Shown here: piece after piece, positions 31,588 through 42,551 of the stretch
How positions within the stretch are numbered: the stretch's first letter is position 1
Layout: every line of letters begins with the position of its first letter
Origin: an uncultured Chloroflexia bacterium
GTDB taxonomy: Bacteria > Chloroflexota > Limnocylindria > Limnocylindrales > CSP1-4
NCBI GenBank assembly: GCA_963704775.1
Contig: CAVPHR010000001.1
Span: 602,582-666,581, forward strand
Reading direction: 5' to 3'
Length of the DNA: 64,000 bases
The notes under the pieces: model-generated
Seen by the model: only the letters and a program-made list of their open reading frames with translations
What the model was told of the DNA's origin: nothing
The model's database searches: none
Translations under genes and position numbers: made by a program

Positions 31588-34272
31588 GTGGGCGAAGGCC
31601 GGATAGGCTCGGGCGACACTGGCAGCTCGGGACGCCCCAGTCGACGAGCATGCATGCCCCAAACCTCCGGATCGCCGACAACGACACCGACTGACCCACC
31701 CTCGCGCGCGGGCGCGGCAGGGTTACGGCCACAGTGGCTGCACGCCGCCATTCGCGTGCGGCTGTTCATCGTGAGCCTCGTCATCGTCGGGATCTTCGGC
31801 TACCTCGCGATCATCCGCGGGATGCCCCCGGTCGCTGGGAATTTCGTCCTGCTGTGGCCCCTGGCGGCACTCGGCTTCTATCTCGGCGAGACGAATGTCG
31901 TCGTCGTGCACTTCCTGCGCGAGCGGCACTCCTTCTCGCTGAGCGAGCTGCCCGGGGTGATGGGCCTGTTCCTCCTGAGCCCGACGGACTACGTCCTCGC
32001 CTATGTGGTCGGTGCCGGCGCCGCGCTCCTGCTCGACCGCAATCAGTCCGGGGTCAAGCGCGCCTACAACATCGCCCAGGTCTGGATCTGTGCGATCGTG
32101 GGCCTGGCTGTCTTCCACGCCATCGCCGAGCCCGGCCCGACCGTGGGCCCGCGCGACTGGGTCGCCGCGTTCGCGTCGAGCGGCGCGACAGCGGCCCTCG
32201 GAGCGGTCCTCGTCGCGACCGTCATCTCGCTGTCCGGTGGGGCGCCGCAGTTCACGAAGCTGCCCGAGATGCTGCGTTTCAGCAGCATGGTCGCGATGGC
32301 CAATACCAGCCTCGCGCTGCTCGCGGTCATGGTCATCAAGGTGGACCCGCGGTCGGCCCTGCTGCTCGCGGTGCCGACGGCGATCGTCTTCCTCGCCTAT
32401 CGGGCCTACATCGGCGAGCGGGAGAAGCACGAGCGCCTGGAGCTGCTCTACGAATCCAGCCGGCTCCTGCATTACGCGCCGGAGCTCGATTCGGCGATCT
32501 CGGCGCTCCTCGACCATGCCCGCAAGATGTTCCGGGCGGAGCGCGCGGAGATCCTGCTCTTCCCCGATCCGGCCAGTGACGCGGCACTCCGCTCGAGCGC
32601 CGGGGGCGTCGCGGGCCCGGAGACCATGACGCCCCAGGTCGTCCCCGCCGGCGATGCCCTGCGGTCGCGCACGCGTCACGAACACGGGGCGTTCCACGCG
32701 AAGGTGACCGCCGCGTGGACCACGCATCCCGACGCGGTCCAGGAGGCGATGGTCGGCCCGCTCGTCGGCGAGCACGGGACGTTCGGCGCGGTCACGATCA
32801 TCAACCGCCTCGGCGAGGGCAGCCGGTTCGAGGCCGACGACCTGCGCCTGCTCGAGACCATCGCCAACCAGGCGGCCGTCGCCCTGGAGAACGGTCAGCT
32901 GGAGCAGTCACTGCACGAGCTGTCGCGACTCAAGGAGCAGCTCCGGCACCAGGCCTACCACGACTCGCTGACGGGTCTCGGGAACCGGGCGCTCTTCGTC
33001 GAAGAGGTCGAGCGCCGGCTGGCCGGTCCGCGTGACCCCGCCTCCCCGCCCTGTGTCGTGTTCCTGGACCTCGACGACTTCAAGGTCGTCAACGACACGT
33101 ACGGTCACCCGGCCGGCGACGCGTTGCTCGTCGATGTCGCGGAGCGCCTCGGGGCCGAGCTTCGGGACGGCGACCTGCTCGCGCGGTTCGGCGGCGACGA
33201 GTTCGCGGTCCTGCCGCGGGACGGGGCGAGCGTCGAGGACGCGATGGCCATGACCGAGCGGATCATCGTCGCGCTCGAGCTGCCATTCCCGGTCGCGGGG
33301 ACCGACGTCATCGTCGGCTGCAGCGTCGGGATCAGCGTCGCCCGCGGCGGCGAGCTCGTCGACGAGTTGCTGCGCGACGCCGACGTGGCGATGTACCGGG
33401 CCAAGGCCGACGGCAAGCGCCGCGCCGAGGTCTTCGACCCGAAGATGCACCGCTCGATCGTCGAGCGGCACGAGCTCAACACCGACCTCGGTCGCAGCCT
33501 CAAGCAGGGCGACCTGGCGGTCTTCTACCAGCCGATCGTCCAGCTCACAACGGGCCGGATCGTAGGCGTCGAGGCGCTGGTGCGCTGGCGACACCCGACC
33601 CGCGGCCTCGTCGACCCGGCCGACTTCATCCGCCTCGCCGAGGAGAACGGCAAGATCGTCGCGCTCGGTCGGGCGGTCCTCCAGACGGCCACGCGCCAGG
33701 TGGTGGAGTGGCACCGTCTGCCCGGGCTCGAGACGCTCGCGCTCAGCGTCAACCTCTCGCCGCTCCAGCTCCAGCACGAGGGCTTCATCGACGAGGTCAC
33801 CGTCGACCTGCGCGAATCCGGCATCGACCCGCGCGACCTGACGTTCGAGATGACCGAGACCGCGATGTTCCGCGACACCCAGGCCACCATCGTGACGCTC
33901 GACGTGCTGCGCGAACTGGGCGTGCGGATCGCGATGGACGACTTCGGGACGGGCTACTCGTCGCTCGCCTACCTGCGTCGCTTCCCTGTCGACATCCTCA
34001 AGATCGCCCGCGAGCTCATCGGCGGGCCGGGCGAGGCGGAGGAGCGCGAGGCATGGGCCTTCGCCAAGGCGATCCTGGCGCTCGGGCGCTCGCTCGGGCT
34101 GACGGTCGTCGCGGAAGGCATCGAGACAGACGAGCAGCTCCGGATGCTGCGTCGTCTCGGCTGCGAGCTGGGTCAGGGCTACCTGCTCGGCCGCCCGGCC
34201 TCTGCCGAGGAGATCGAGGCTCACCTGCTCGAGAATGCGCTGGGCCCGCTCGACGAGCGCGTCACCGCCTGA
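31588..34272 (+). CDS. polytopic membrane sensor with GAF-like, GGDEF and EAL domains
   Basis: Track ORF from GTG 31588 (alternative ATG 31654). About 8 TM helices, then LTGLGNRALF, RFGGDEFAV, VEALVRW, EMTE, DDFGTGYSSL, AEGIET, QGYLLGRP. Both catalytic motifs are canonical. Confidence 0.9.
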   Translation: MGEGRIGSGDTGSSGRPSRRACMPQTSGSPTTTPTDPPSRAGAAGLRPQWLHAAIRVRLFIVSLVIVGIFGYLAIIRGMPPVAGNFVLLWPLAALGFYLGETNVVVVHFLRERHSFSLSELPGVMGLFLLSPTDYVLAYVVGAGAALLLDRNQSGVKRAYNIAQVWICAIVGLAVFHAIAEPGPTVGPRDWVAAFASSGATAALGAVLVATVISLSGGAPQFTKLPEMLRFSSMVAMANTSLALLAVMVIKVDPRSALLLAVPTAIVFLAYRAYIGEREKHERLELLYESSRLLHYAPELDSAISALLDHARKMFRAERAEILLFPDPASDAALRSSAGGVAGPETMTPQVVPAGDALRSRTRHEHGAFHAKVTAAWTTHPDAVQEAMVGPLVGEHGTFGAVTIINRLGEGSRFEADDLRLLETIANQAAVALENGQLEQSLHELSRLKEQLRHQAYHDSLTGLGNRALFVEEVERRLAGPRDPASPPCVVFLDLDDFKVVNDTYGHPAGDALLVDVAERLGAELRDGDLLARFGGDEFAVLPRDGASVEDAMAMTERIIVALELPFPVAGTDVIVGCSVGISVARGGELVDELLRDADVAMYRAKADGKRRAEVFDPKMHRSIVERHELNTDLGRSLKQGDLAVFYQPIVQLTTGRIVGVEALVRWRHPTRGLVDPADFIRLAEENGKIVALGRAVLQTATRQVVEWHRLPGLETLALSVNLSPLQLQHEGFIDEVTVDLRESGIDPRDLTFEMTETAMFRDTQATIVTLDVLRELGVRIAMDDFGTGYSSLAYLRRFPVDILKIARELIGGPGEAEEREAWAFAKAILALGRSLGLTVVAEGIETDEQLRMLRRLGCELGQGYLLGRPASAEEIEAHLLENALGPLDERVTA

Positions 34273-34340
34273 CCGGTCGAACCGGTCGGCTCTGATACGC
34301 TCTCAACCCCAAATCGACCGATCGCAGAGAGCCACGCCCG

Positions 34341-35780
34341 ATGACCCAGCCTCGCACCATCGTCTCCAAGATCTGGGACGACCATGTCGTCACCCAGGAC
34401 CCCGGCGCCCCCGCGGTCCTCGCGGTCGACCTGCACCTCATCCACGAGGTGACCAGCCCACAGGCCTTCTCCGGTCTTCGCGCGCGCGGGCTCAGCGTGC
34501 GTCATCCGGGCCAGACGGTCGCGACGGCTGACCACTCCATCCCGACGACGCCGCGCGACCTGCCGATCCTCGACGAGATGGCCGCCGCCCAGGTGCGCCA
34601 GCTCGAGGCGAACTGCGCCGAGTTCGGCATCCCGCTCCATGGCATCGGGTCCCCGAGCCAGGGCATCGTGCACGTCATCGGTCCGCAGCTGGGGCTGACC
34701 CAGCCGGGCATGACCATCGTCTGCGGCGATTCGCACACAAGCACGCACGGCGCGTTCGGGGCGCTCGCGTTCGGGATCGGGACCAGCGAGGTCGAGATGG
34801 TCCTCGCGACCCAGACCCTGCTCCAGCGCGACCCTCTGACCTACGAGGTCCGCGTCGACGGGCGGCTCGCCCCCGGCGTGAGCGCCAAGGACATCATCCT
34901 CAACCTCATCTCGCGGATCGGCATCGGGGGCGGGACCGGCCACGTCTTCGAGTACCGGGGCGAAGCGATCCGGGCGCTGACCATGGAACAGCGGATGACG
35001 ATCTGCAACATGAGCATCGAAGGCGGTGCCCGGGCCGGGCTGATCGCCCCGGACGACACGACGTTCGAATACCTGGCCGGACGGCCGCACGCGCCGGCCG
35101 GCGCCGCCTGGGACGCCGCGGTCGACCGCTGGCGCGGCCTGCCGAGCGACGACGGCGCGACCTTCGACAAGGCGATCACGATCGACGCGGACGCCCTCGA
35201 GCCGATGGTCACCTACGGCACCAACCCGGGCATGGGCATCCCGATCACCGGCAACGTGCCATCGCCCGACGAGCAGGCCGACCCGGCCCAGCGGCGCGCC
35301 CTCGAGCATGCCCTCGAGTACATGGACCTGCGCCCCGGTCAGGCGATCCTCGGCCAGAAGGTCGACGTCGTCTTCGTCGGGAGCTGCACGAACGGGCGGA
35401 TCAGCGACCTGCGTCTCGCGGCCGCGGCGCTCAAGGGCCGGCACATCGCCGATGGGGTCCGCCTGATGGTCGTCCCCGGCAGCGACGAGGTGAAGCGCGA
35501 GGCCGAGGCCGAGGGCCTGTCCGAGATCTTCAAGGCGGCCGGCGGCGAATGGCGCGAGGCCGGCTGCTCGATGTGCATCGCGATGAACGGCGACCAGCTC
35601 ACGCCGGGCCAGTACGCCGTCAGCACCAGCAACCGCAACTTCGAAGGTCGCCAGGGCAAGGGCGGCCGGACGTTCCTGGCCTCGCCGCTCACCGCGGCGG
35701 CCAGCGCGATCAGCGGCGTCGTGAGCGACCCGCGGCGATTGCCCGGCATCGAGACCCTGGCCGCGGTCGGCGGGCGCTGA
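34341..35780 (+). CDS. leuC: 3-isopropylmalate dehydratase large subunit
   Basis: 479 aa with aconitase-family motifs ([50 protein letters not shown]). Confidence 0.95.
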   Translation: MTQPRTIVSKIWDDHVVTQDPGAPAVLAVDLHLIHEVTSPQAFSGLRARGLSVRHPGQTVATADHSIPTTPRDLPILDEMAAAQVRQLEANCAEFGIPLHGIGSPSQGIVHVIGPQLGLTQPGMTIVCGDSHTSTHGAFGALAFGIGTSEVEMVLATQTLLQRDPLTYEVRVDGRLAPGVSAKDIILNLISRIGIGGGTGHVFEYRGEAIRALTMEQRMTICNMSIEGGARAGLIAPDDTTFEYLAGRPHAPAGAAWDAAVDRWRGLPSDDGATFDKAITIDADALEPMVTYGTNPGMGIPITGNVPSPDEQADPAQRRALEHALEYMDLRPGQAILGQKVDVVFVGSCTNGRISDLRLAAAALKGRHIADGVRLMVVPGSDEVKREAEAEGLSEIFKAAGGEWREAGCSMCIAMNGDQLTPGQYAVSTSNRNFEGRQGKGGRTFLASPLTAAASAISGVVSDPRRLPGIETLAAVGGR

Positions 35781-35782
35781 CG

Positions 35783-36406
35783 ATGGGCGAGCCCATCACG
35801 GTGTTCACGAGCAAGGTCGTGCCGATCGCGGCGGAGAACGTCGACACCGACCAGATCGTTCCCGCCCGCTATCTCAAGATCACCGACAAGCTCGGCCTCG
35901 CCGATGCGCTCTTCCGGGACTGGCGGTTCAACGAGGACGGGTCGCTCAAGGACCCGCCGTTCATCCTCGATCAGCCGAGCATGACGGGGCGGAAGATCAT
36001 GCTGGTCGGCGACAACTTCGGGGCGGGCTCGTCACGCGAGCATGCCCCCTGGGCCCTGTCGGCCTGGGGCGTGCGCGCGATCATCTCGACCTCATACGCC
36101 GATATCTTCCGGAGCAACAGCCTCAAGAACGGGGTCCTGCCGATCGCGGTCGATGCGGCGACCCATGCCCGTCTCGTGGAGCTGGTCCGGGCCGATCCCG
36201 ATGCCTCGCTGACCGTCGACCTCGCCGAGGGCGGCATCCTGCTGCCGGACGGAACGACCATCGACTTCGAGATCGACCCGTTCGCGAAGCGGATGCTCCT
36301 GGCGGGAACGGATGAGCTCGGCTACCTCCTTTCGAAGGACGCCGAGCTCAGGGCCTGGGAGGCAGCCCATCCGCCCCGGATCGACTCGCTCGCCGGAGCG
36401 AACTGA
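35783..36406 (+). CDS. leuD: 3-isopropylmalate dehydratase small subunit
   Basis: ATG 35783 is 2 nt after the leuC stop. NVDTDQIVPARYL and GDNFGAGSSREHAPWAL motifs; 207 aa. Confidence 0.95.
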   Translation: MGEPITVFTSKVVPIAAENVDTDQIVPARYLKITDKLGLADALFRDWRFNEDGSLKDPPFILDQPSMTGRKIMLVGDNFGAGSSREHAPWALSAWGVRAIISTSYADIFRSNSLKNGVLPIAVDAATHARLVELVRADPDASLTVDLAEGGILLPDGTTIDFEIDPFAKRMLLAGTDELGYLLSKDAELRAWEAAHPPRIDSLAGAN

Positions 36407-36446
36407 CCGATCTGGCGCGGCCCGAGATGGTAGACGGATCGGGCGA

Positions 36447-36617
36447 TCAGCCGAGGCGGGGCGAGCTCCAGCGGATCTCGATGGCATGCATCGGCTGGCG
36501 GCGGATACACGCGGGGCACCCGAGGAACGGCGTCGGGAGGTGGTCCCGATGGGCCTCGGCGGCGGAACGGGTGAGGCGGAACGGACGGGTGGCGGCGTGG
36601 CCGGTCGGGCGGGACAT
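36447..36617 (-). CDS. hypothetical 56-aa His/Cys-containing small protein
   Basis: ATG 36617 has GGAG 9 nt upstream. Product is MSRPTGHAATRPFRLTRSAAEAHRDHLPTPFLGCPACIRRQPMHAIEIRWSSPRLG, with high GC3. It is the only plausible ORF in the 400-nt gap after leuD. No family recognised. Confidence 0.3.
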   Translation of the reverse strand: MSRPTGHAATRPFRLTRSAAEAHRDHLPTPFLGCPACIRRQPMHAIEIRWSSPRLG

Positions 36618-36812
36618 GGCAGGACTCCAGTCGGTTCGGGTCGGGATGTGGTGTTGCGAGCACGACGGGCGATCCGGACGTGCTCGCCAGGGCACCTTGA
36701 CGCAGCCGGCCCCGCCGCCCCATCGGCAGCAGGCGCCTCCGCGCATCGACGGATGACAACACCGGTCATGGACAGCGCGGAACCCACGGCCCGGTGCGCC
36801 CGTCTGCCGCGC

Positions 36813-37358
36813 ATGCAGACCCTTCGCCGGCTTGCCGGCCCTCTCGCCCTCGTCCTCCTCGTGACGGCCTGTACCGGCACGGCCGCGCCATCGGGCAGCG
36901 CCGCACCGAGCGCCGCCCCCGCCTCCATTTCGCCATCGCCCAGCGCGGATCCGCCTGCGAGCGTCGACCCGAACGAGCCGGTGGGCACGGACGTCCCGCC
37001 CAGCGGCGGCGTCGTCGGCAACGGCCCGCTCACCGTCCCCAAGCCGGGCCAGGTGGATCCGCGGCCGGTCAAGTTGGAAGAGCTCACGGCCGACGTGCTC
37101 GGACGGCACGTGCAGGTCGTCGCGACATGGACGAGCGGCGTCGAGCCGTGCTACGTCCTCGACCGGATCGTCATCGAGAAGGGGGCCGATTCGTTCACGA
37201 TCACCCTGTTCGAGGGCCGCGGACCCGGCGAGCCCATCTGCATCGAGATCGCCAAGACCAAGCAAGCCTCGGTCGACCTGGGCATGCTCGAGCCCGGCAC
37301 GTACACGATCGCCGACGGCGCGGGTGGCGCGGCCCCGATCGTGGTGACCGTCGGCTAG
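36813..37358 (+). CDS. lipoprotein of unknown function
   Basis: Start at MQTLRRLAGPLALVLLVTAC (lipobox LVTAC), a Ser/Ala/Pro-rich linker, then a ~110-aa beta-rich domain. Confidence 0.6.
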   Translation: MQTLRRLAGPLALVLLVTACTGTAAPSGSAAPSAAPASISPSPSADPPASVDPNEPVGTDVPPSGGVVGNGPLTVPKPGQVDPRPVKLEELTADVLGRHVQVVATWTSGVEPCYVLDRIVIEKGADSFTITLFEGRGPGEPICIEIAKTKQASVDLGMLEPGTYTIADGAGGAAPIVVTVG

Positions 37359-37433
37359 GCCTCCGCCCCGCCGCCCGGGCGGCCCATCGAGGCGGAGCCG
37401 CCGCGAATCCGGCGCCTGTGCGACGATCGGGCG

Positions 37434-38619
37434 GTGAACCCGCTGGACCTGGTCGCGATCCTGCTGGTCGTCGTCGGAGCACTCCTCGGCTTCCGTTCCG
37501 GCGCGCTTCCGCAGATCGGTGGCCTCATCGGGGCCATCGGCGGCGCGGCCATCGTGATCGTCGGCCTCCCCTTCCTCGCCGACCAGCTCGAGAAGGTCGA
37601 ACCGTCCTTCCGACCCGTTCCTCGTCCTCGCCGGCCTGCTGATCGCGGTCGCGCTCGGTGAGTCGATCGGGTCGACGATCGGCCGGCGCGTGGCGACGGG
37701 CCTCGGGACCGGAGTCCTGGGTGCGGCGGATCGGATCTTCGGCTCCTTCGTCGGGGTCGCGCAGGCGATCCTGATCGTCTGGCTTGTCGGCGGGCTCGTC
37801 GCCTTCGGCCCGATCCCGCGCCTGACCGAGGCGGCCCAGACCTCGCGGGCGATCCGGGTCCTCAACGTGCTGCTGCCGGCCCCGTCCGAGTTTGCGGTGG
37901 AGCTGGGGCGGCTCCTCGACAGCACCGGCCTGCCGGCGGTCTTCGTCGGCTTCGAACCGATCCCGGCGCCGCCGATCGACCGGCCCGACGACCCCACCGC
38001 GCGTCGCCTCGCCCAGGGCGCGGTCGCGAGCACGGTCAAGGTGTCGGCCGCCGCGTGCGGCTACGAATCGGTCGGGACGGGGTTCGCCGTCCGGCGCAAC
38101 TACGTCGTGACCAACGCCCATGTCGTCGCCGGGGCGGACCGGCGCGCGATCCGCGTCGCCACGGCCGACGACCGGCTGCTCGACGGCACGGTCGTGTCGT
38201 TCGACCCGGAGTTCGACATCGCGGTCATCCACGTCCCGGGCCTCGGGGTTCCCGGCCTGCGGTTCGCCTCGGGCGACCCCACCCGGGGCGCGATCGGGGC
38301 GACGCTCGGGTATCCGGGCGGCGGTCGCCTCGAGGTTCTGCCGGCCGTGGTCAGCGGCGCGTACGCCGCCACCGGGCGCGACATCTACAGCAAGAAGACC
38401 GTCCGGCGCCAGATCCTCGAGCTGCGCGCCGCGATCGACCGGGGCGACAGCGGTGGGCCGCTGATCCTCCAGGACGGCACGGTCGGCGGGGTCGTCTTCG
38501 CGGAGGCGCGGACCGACCCGGATGTCGGGTACGCCCTGTCCCCGACGGAGGTTGCGACCCGCGTCGCTCCCGCGATCGACCGGACCGAGGCGGTCGACAC
38601 GGGCGCCTGCGCCCGCTGA
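37434..38619 (+). CDS. CvpA-domain membrane-anchored trypsin-like serine protease (MarP-like; one apparent frame shift near 37612..37620)
   Basis: N-terminal CvpA-like TM helices are ORF 37434..37661 and continue ([17 protein letters not shown]...) in the frame of ORF 37690..38619. Protease triad context is [20 protein letters not shown]. The break sits at a CCC run. Confidence 0.8.
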
Positions 38620-38680
38620 TCGCACGCTCCGCGCCCCTTTACACTGGCGGTCCCCATCGAGACCGAGCAAGGACGACCCG

Positions 38681-40423
38681 ATGCCCGACGAGCGCCATCC
38701 ATACGACCGCCCGAGCGACCCGGCGAAACGCCATTCCGCGGCCCTGACCGACGGCCCCGATCGGGCCGGGGCGCGCTCGATGCTCAAGGCCATCGGGTTC
38801 ACCGACGAGGACCTCGCGAAGCCGCTCGTCGGCGTGGCGACGACCTGGATCGAGACGATGCCGTGCAACTACAACCAGCGGCGTCTGGCGGAGCACGTGA
38901 AGGACGGGATCCGGGCCGCCGGCGGCACGCCGATGGAGTTCAACACGATCTCGGTCAGCGACGGCGTCACGATGGGCACCGAGGGCATGAAGGCCTCGCT
39001 CATCAGCCGCGACGTCATCGCCGACTCGATCGAGCTCGTCATGCGCGGCCACCTGCTCGATGGGCTCGTGTGCCTGGTCGGCTGCGACAAGACGATGCCC
39101 GGCGCGGCGATGGCGATGGGCCGCCTGGACGTGCCCAGCCTCGCGCTCTACAACGGCACGATCTACCCCGGCGTCTACAAGGGCCAGCGCAACGCCACGG
39201 TCGTGACCGTGTACGAGGCGATCGGCGCGTACCGGGCCGGCAAGATCACGCTCGACGAGCTCTACGAGGTCGAGAACGCAGCCTGCCCGGGCGCGGGCGC
39301 GTGCGGCGGCCAGTTCACCGCGAACACGATGAGCATGGTCCTCGAGTTCATCGGCCTCTCGCCGGCCGGGCTCAACGGCATCCCGGCCGAGGATCCCGCC
39401 AAGGACGCGGCCGCCCGAACGTCCGGTGAGCTCGTGATGGACCTGGTCCGGCGCGACGTCCGGCCGTCATCGATCGTCACACGCGCGGCGCTCGAGAACG
39501 GGATCGCCGCGGTCGCGGCCACCGGGGGCTCGACGAACGGCGTGCTGCACATGCTCGCCATCGCCCACGAGTTCGGCCTCCCGCTCGACATCGACGAGTT
39601 CGGGGCGATCGCGGACCGGACACCGGTGGTCGCCGACCTGCAGCCAGGCGGCCGTTTCGTCGCGAGCGACCTGTACGACGCGGGCGGCGTCTCACTGGTC
39701 ATGCGCGAGCTGCTGAAGCGGCCCGGTCTCCTCCACGGCGACGAGGCGACGGTCGACGGGCGGACGATCGCGGAGATCGCCGCGAGCGCGACAGAGACGG
39801 CCGGCCAGCAGGTGGTCGTGCCGATCGAGCGGCCGCTCAAGGCGACCGGCGGCCTGGCCATCCTGCGCGGGTCGCTCGCGCCCGACGGCTGCGTCGTGAA
39901 GCTCGCCGGACACGAGCGGCGGCTGCATCGCGGCCCGGCCCGCGTCTTCGAGTCCGAGTCCGAGTGCTACGCGGCGGTCCGCGACCAGCGGATCGTCGCC
40001 GGCGACGTCGTCGTCATCCGCAACGAGGGGCCGGTCGGCGGACCCGGGATGCAGGAGATGCTGAGCGTCACCGCGGCCCTCGTCGGCGAGGGCCTGGGCG
40101 ACACGGTGGCCCTCCTGACGGACGGCCGGTTCTCGGGCGGGACCCACGGCCTGATGATCGGCCACGTCGCGCCCGAAGCCGCGCTCGGCGGCCCGATCGC
40201 GGTCGTCCACGAGGGCGACTCGATCGTCATCGACGTCGATCGCAAGGCGCTCGACCTGGAGGTCCCGGCCGATGAGGTCGCCACGCGTCTCGCGAGCTGG
40301 ACGCCGCCGGCGCCGCGCTACACGGGCGGCGTCATGGCCAAGTACGCGGCGCTGGTCGACTCGGCCTCGCGCGGGGCGGTGACGACCGGCGACCGGATGA
40401 CCTCGGCCCTGAGCCGGCGCTAA
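38681..40423 (+). CDS. ilvD: dihydroxy-acid dehydratase
   Basis: ATG 38681 (MPDERHPYD). [47 protein letters not shown]. Confidence 0.95.
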   Translation: MPDERHPYDRPSDPAKRHSAALTDGPDRAGARSMLKAIGFTDEDLAKPLVGVATTWIETMPCNYNQRRLAEHVKDGIRAAGGTPMEFNTISVSDGVTMGTEGMKASLISRDVIADSIELVMRGHLLDGLVCLVGCDKTMPGAAMAMGRLDVPSLALYNGTIYPGVYKGQRNATVVTVYEAIGAYRAGKITLDELYEVENAACPGAGACGGQFTANTMSMVLEFIGLSPAGLNGIPAEDPAKDAAARTSGELVMDLVRRDVRPSSIVTRAALENGIAAVAATGGSTNGVLHMLAIAHEFGLPLDIDEFGAIADRTPVVADLQPGGRFVASDLYDAGGVSLVMRELLKRPGLLHGDEATVDGRTIAEIAASATETAGQQVVVPIERPLKATGGLAILRGSLAPDGCVVKLAGHERRLHRGPARVFESESECYAAVRDQRIVAGDVVVIRNEGPVGGPGMQEMLSVTAALVGEGLGDTVALLTDGRFSGGTHGLMIGHVAPEAALGGPIAVVHEGDSIVIDVDRKALDLEVPADEVATRLASWTPPAPRYTGGVMAKYAALVDSASRGAVTTGDRMTSALSRR

Positions 40424-40433
40424 GCCCGTATCC

Positions 40434-41344
40434 ATGACGACGGCGCGACGGGTCGAGATCGGGATCAAGACCTCGCCACAGGGCGTCGACTGGCCGACGC
40501 TCGAATCGGCCTGGGCGCGGATCGGCGAGCACGACGTCTTCGACAGCGTCTGGATGAACGACCACCTCACCGACATCGGGCGCGAGCGGGCGGGCCCGTC
40601 GTTCGAGGCGTTCACGGCGATGGCCGCGCTCGCCCACCACGTGCCCGGCAAGTGGCTCGGCCATGCCGTGCTCTCGGCGACCTTCCGGCACCCGTCGGTG
40701 CTCGCCAAGGCCGCGACGGTCATGGACCACGCCACGGGCGGGCGCTTCATCCTGGGCCTCGGCGCCGGCTGGTTCGACCCGGAGCACACGCCGTTCGGGA
40801 TCCCGTTCCCGCCGATGCCCGAGCGGTTCGACCGGTTCGAGTCGGCGGTCCACACCATCCGGGCCCTCTTCTCGGACGAGGCGGCCACCGACGCGGGCGT
40901 GACCCGGCCCGACCCGTTCTACCCGCTCGTCGGCGCGACGAACGATCCGGCCCCGCTGACGCCCGGCGGACCGCCGATCTGGCTCGGCGGCCAGAAGCGG
41001 CGCGGCATCGCCCTCGCGGCGGCCACCGCCGACGGGTGGCTGCTGCCGGCCGTCACCCCCGACAAGAACCCGACCGACATGACGCTACTTCGCCGATCGG
41101 CGGGACGCGATCCTCGCCGCGCTCGAGGCGATCGGGCGTGACCCAGCCACGTTCGCGCTGACCGCCCAGGTCCCGGCCGGGACGACCGCCGAGAGCCGTC
41201 GCGAGGGTCTCGACGGCGGCGAAAGAGGCGGTCCGGCTCGGCGCGACCCACCTCATCATCGGCATGCCGCCGCGCCTCGGGCCGGCTGGCGTCGACGACA
41301 TCGCCCGGTCGATCGCCGAGCCGTTGCGCGAGGCGATCGGATGA
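40434..41344 (+). CDS. luciferase-like (LLM class, probably F420-dependent) oxidoreductase (two apparent frame shifts near 41090 and 41220)
   Basis: FDSVWMNDHL, RFILGLGAGW. The C-terminal part (YFADRRDAILAALEAIGRDPATFALTAQV..., then AVRLGATHLIIGMPPRLGP...LREAIG) continues in other frames and ends at a TGA overlapping the next ATG. Confidence 0.75.
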
Positions 41345-42285
41345 CGGTCGCCGTGCGACCGGCCGTCGACGACGCGGACTTCGAGACCATCGCCGGCATC
41401 GTCAACCGCGTCAGCCCCGAAGAGCCGACCTCGGTCGCGGAGATGCGCTGGGCGGACGAGACCTACCCGGGCGGCGCGCGCCTGCTCGCCGAGCTCGACG
41501 GCACGCCGGTCGGGGCATCGACGGTCGGGCGGATCTACATGTACCCGCCGGAGTTCGACGCGTACTGGGGCACCCTCGACGTGCTGCCCGATGCGCGCCG
41601 ACAAGGCGTGGGGAGCGCCCTCCTGGTCGCCATCTCGGACGTGGCACGCGACGCAGGCAAGTCGTGGCTCCACATCCCCGCGAGCGAGGAGCGACCCGAC
41701 GGTCTCGCGTTCCTCGAGCATCGCGGGTTCACCGAGTTCGACCGGACCAAGTCCCTCCGCCTCGACTTGTCCGGGGTCACGGCGCCGACGCCTCGACCGC
41801 CCGACGGGGTCGTGATCACGACGCTGGCCGAGCGGCCCGACCTCGTGCCGGGCGTGCACGAGGTCGCGCTGGAGACCTTCGCCGACATCCCCGGCGACGA
41901 GCCGATGGCGCCGGGCGACCTCGCCGAGTTCCGCGCGCGCGACGTCGATCGACCGGCCATCGCGCCCTGGGGGTTCGCGATCGCGGTGGACGCCGACGAT
42001 CGCGTCGTCGGGTACGCCAGCCTGATCCTGGTCCCCGGCAGCGAGCGGATCGCCTGGCATGACATGACCGCGGTCAGGCGGTCGTGGCGGGGACGCGGGC
42101 TGGCGATGGCACTCAAGGCGACCACCATCGGGGCCGCGATCGAGCACGGCCTGACGGCCCTCGAGACCGGCAACGACATCGACAACGACGCGATGCGGGC
42201 CCTCAACGCCCGCCTCGGCTACCGGGCCCAGCCGGATCTGCTCACGATGCGTGGTCCGCTCGTCCACGGCATCATGGAGCGGTGA
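41341..42285 (+). CDS. tandem-GNAT N-acetyltransferase (MshD-like architecture)
   Basis: Two acetyl-CoA binding cores (RRQGVGSALL and RGRGLAMALK) in 314 aa. I cannot confirm mycothiol synthase identity. Confidence 0.7.
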   Translation: MTVAVRPAVDDADFETIAGIVNRVSPEEPTSVAEMRWADETYPGGARLLAELDGTPVGASTVGRIYMYPPEFDAYWGTLDVLPDARRQGVGSALLVAISDVARDAGKSWLHIPASEERPDGLAFLEHRGFTEFDRTKSLRLDLSGVTAPTPRPPDGVVITTLAERPDLVPGVHEVALETFADIPGDEPMAPGDLAEFRARDVDRPAIAPWGFAIAVDADDRVVGYASLILVPGSERIAWHDMTAVRRSWRGRGLAMALKATTIGAAIEHGLTALETGNDIDNDAMRALNARLGYRAQPDLLTMRGPLVHGIMER

Positions 42286-42551
42286 CCGAACTCGACGCGA
42301 CGCCGAGATCCGACGAGGCCCCGGTCGCGCTGCCGCCGGATCCCGCCGCATACGACGCGGCGCGCAACGTGCAGGCGCGCGCCCGCGGGCTGCCGACCGC
42401 GTACATCCCCGGCGGCACCGACCCGGACCCGATCCCGGCCCTGCGCGAGGAGCGCTACTACGGCCGGCTTCTGCTCGGCATGGTCCTGGTGCTGATCCTG
42501 GGCGGGTTCATCGTCGGTGCCGTCCTCGCGCTCATCGGCTCGGGCGCATGA
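42282..42551 (+). CDS. small protein with C-terminal TM helix
   Basis: GTG 42282 overlaps the GNAT stop (GTGA) and its stop overlaps the next ATG (ATGA). 89 aa ending RLLLGMVLVLILGGFIVGAVLALIGSGA. Confidence 0.5.
   Translation: MTELDATPRSDEAPVALPPDPAAYDAARNVQARARGLPTAYIPGGTDPDPIPALREERYYGRLLLGMVLVLILGGFIVGAVLALIGSGA

Noticed and set aside
34271-34287. Hairpin GACCGGU-CGA-ACCGGUC at the end of the GGDEF-EAL gene, considered as a terminator.
   Set aside because: The stem is only 7 bp, it overlaps the stop codon, and no U-tract follows. It is too weak to call.
28748-34340. The c-di-GMP module as a mobile genomic island.
   Set aside because: No integrase, transposase, tRNA or flanking direct or inverted repeats are visible. 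Codon style looks like the flanks by eye.
36312-36812. N-terminal 167-aa extension of the lipoprotein ORF (track ORF 36312..37358).
   Set aside because: The extension is Arg/Gly/Pro-rich, overlaps the leuD 3' end, and precedes a clean lipoprotein signal peptide starting at ATG 36813.
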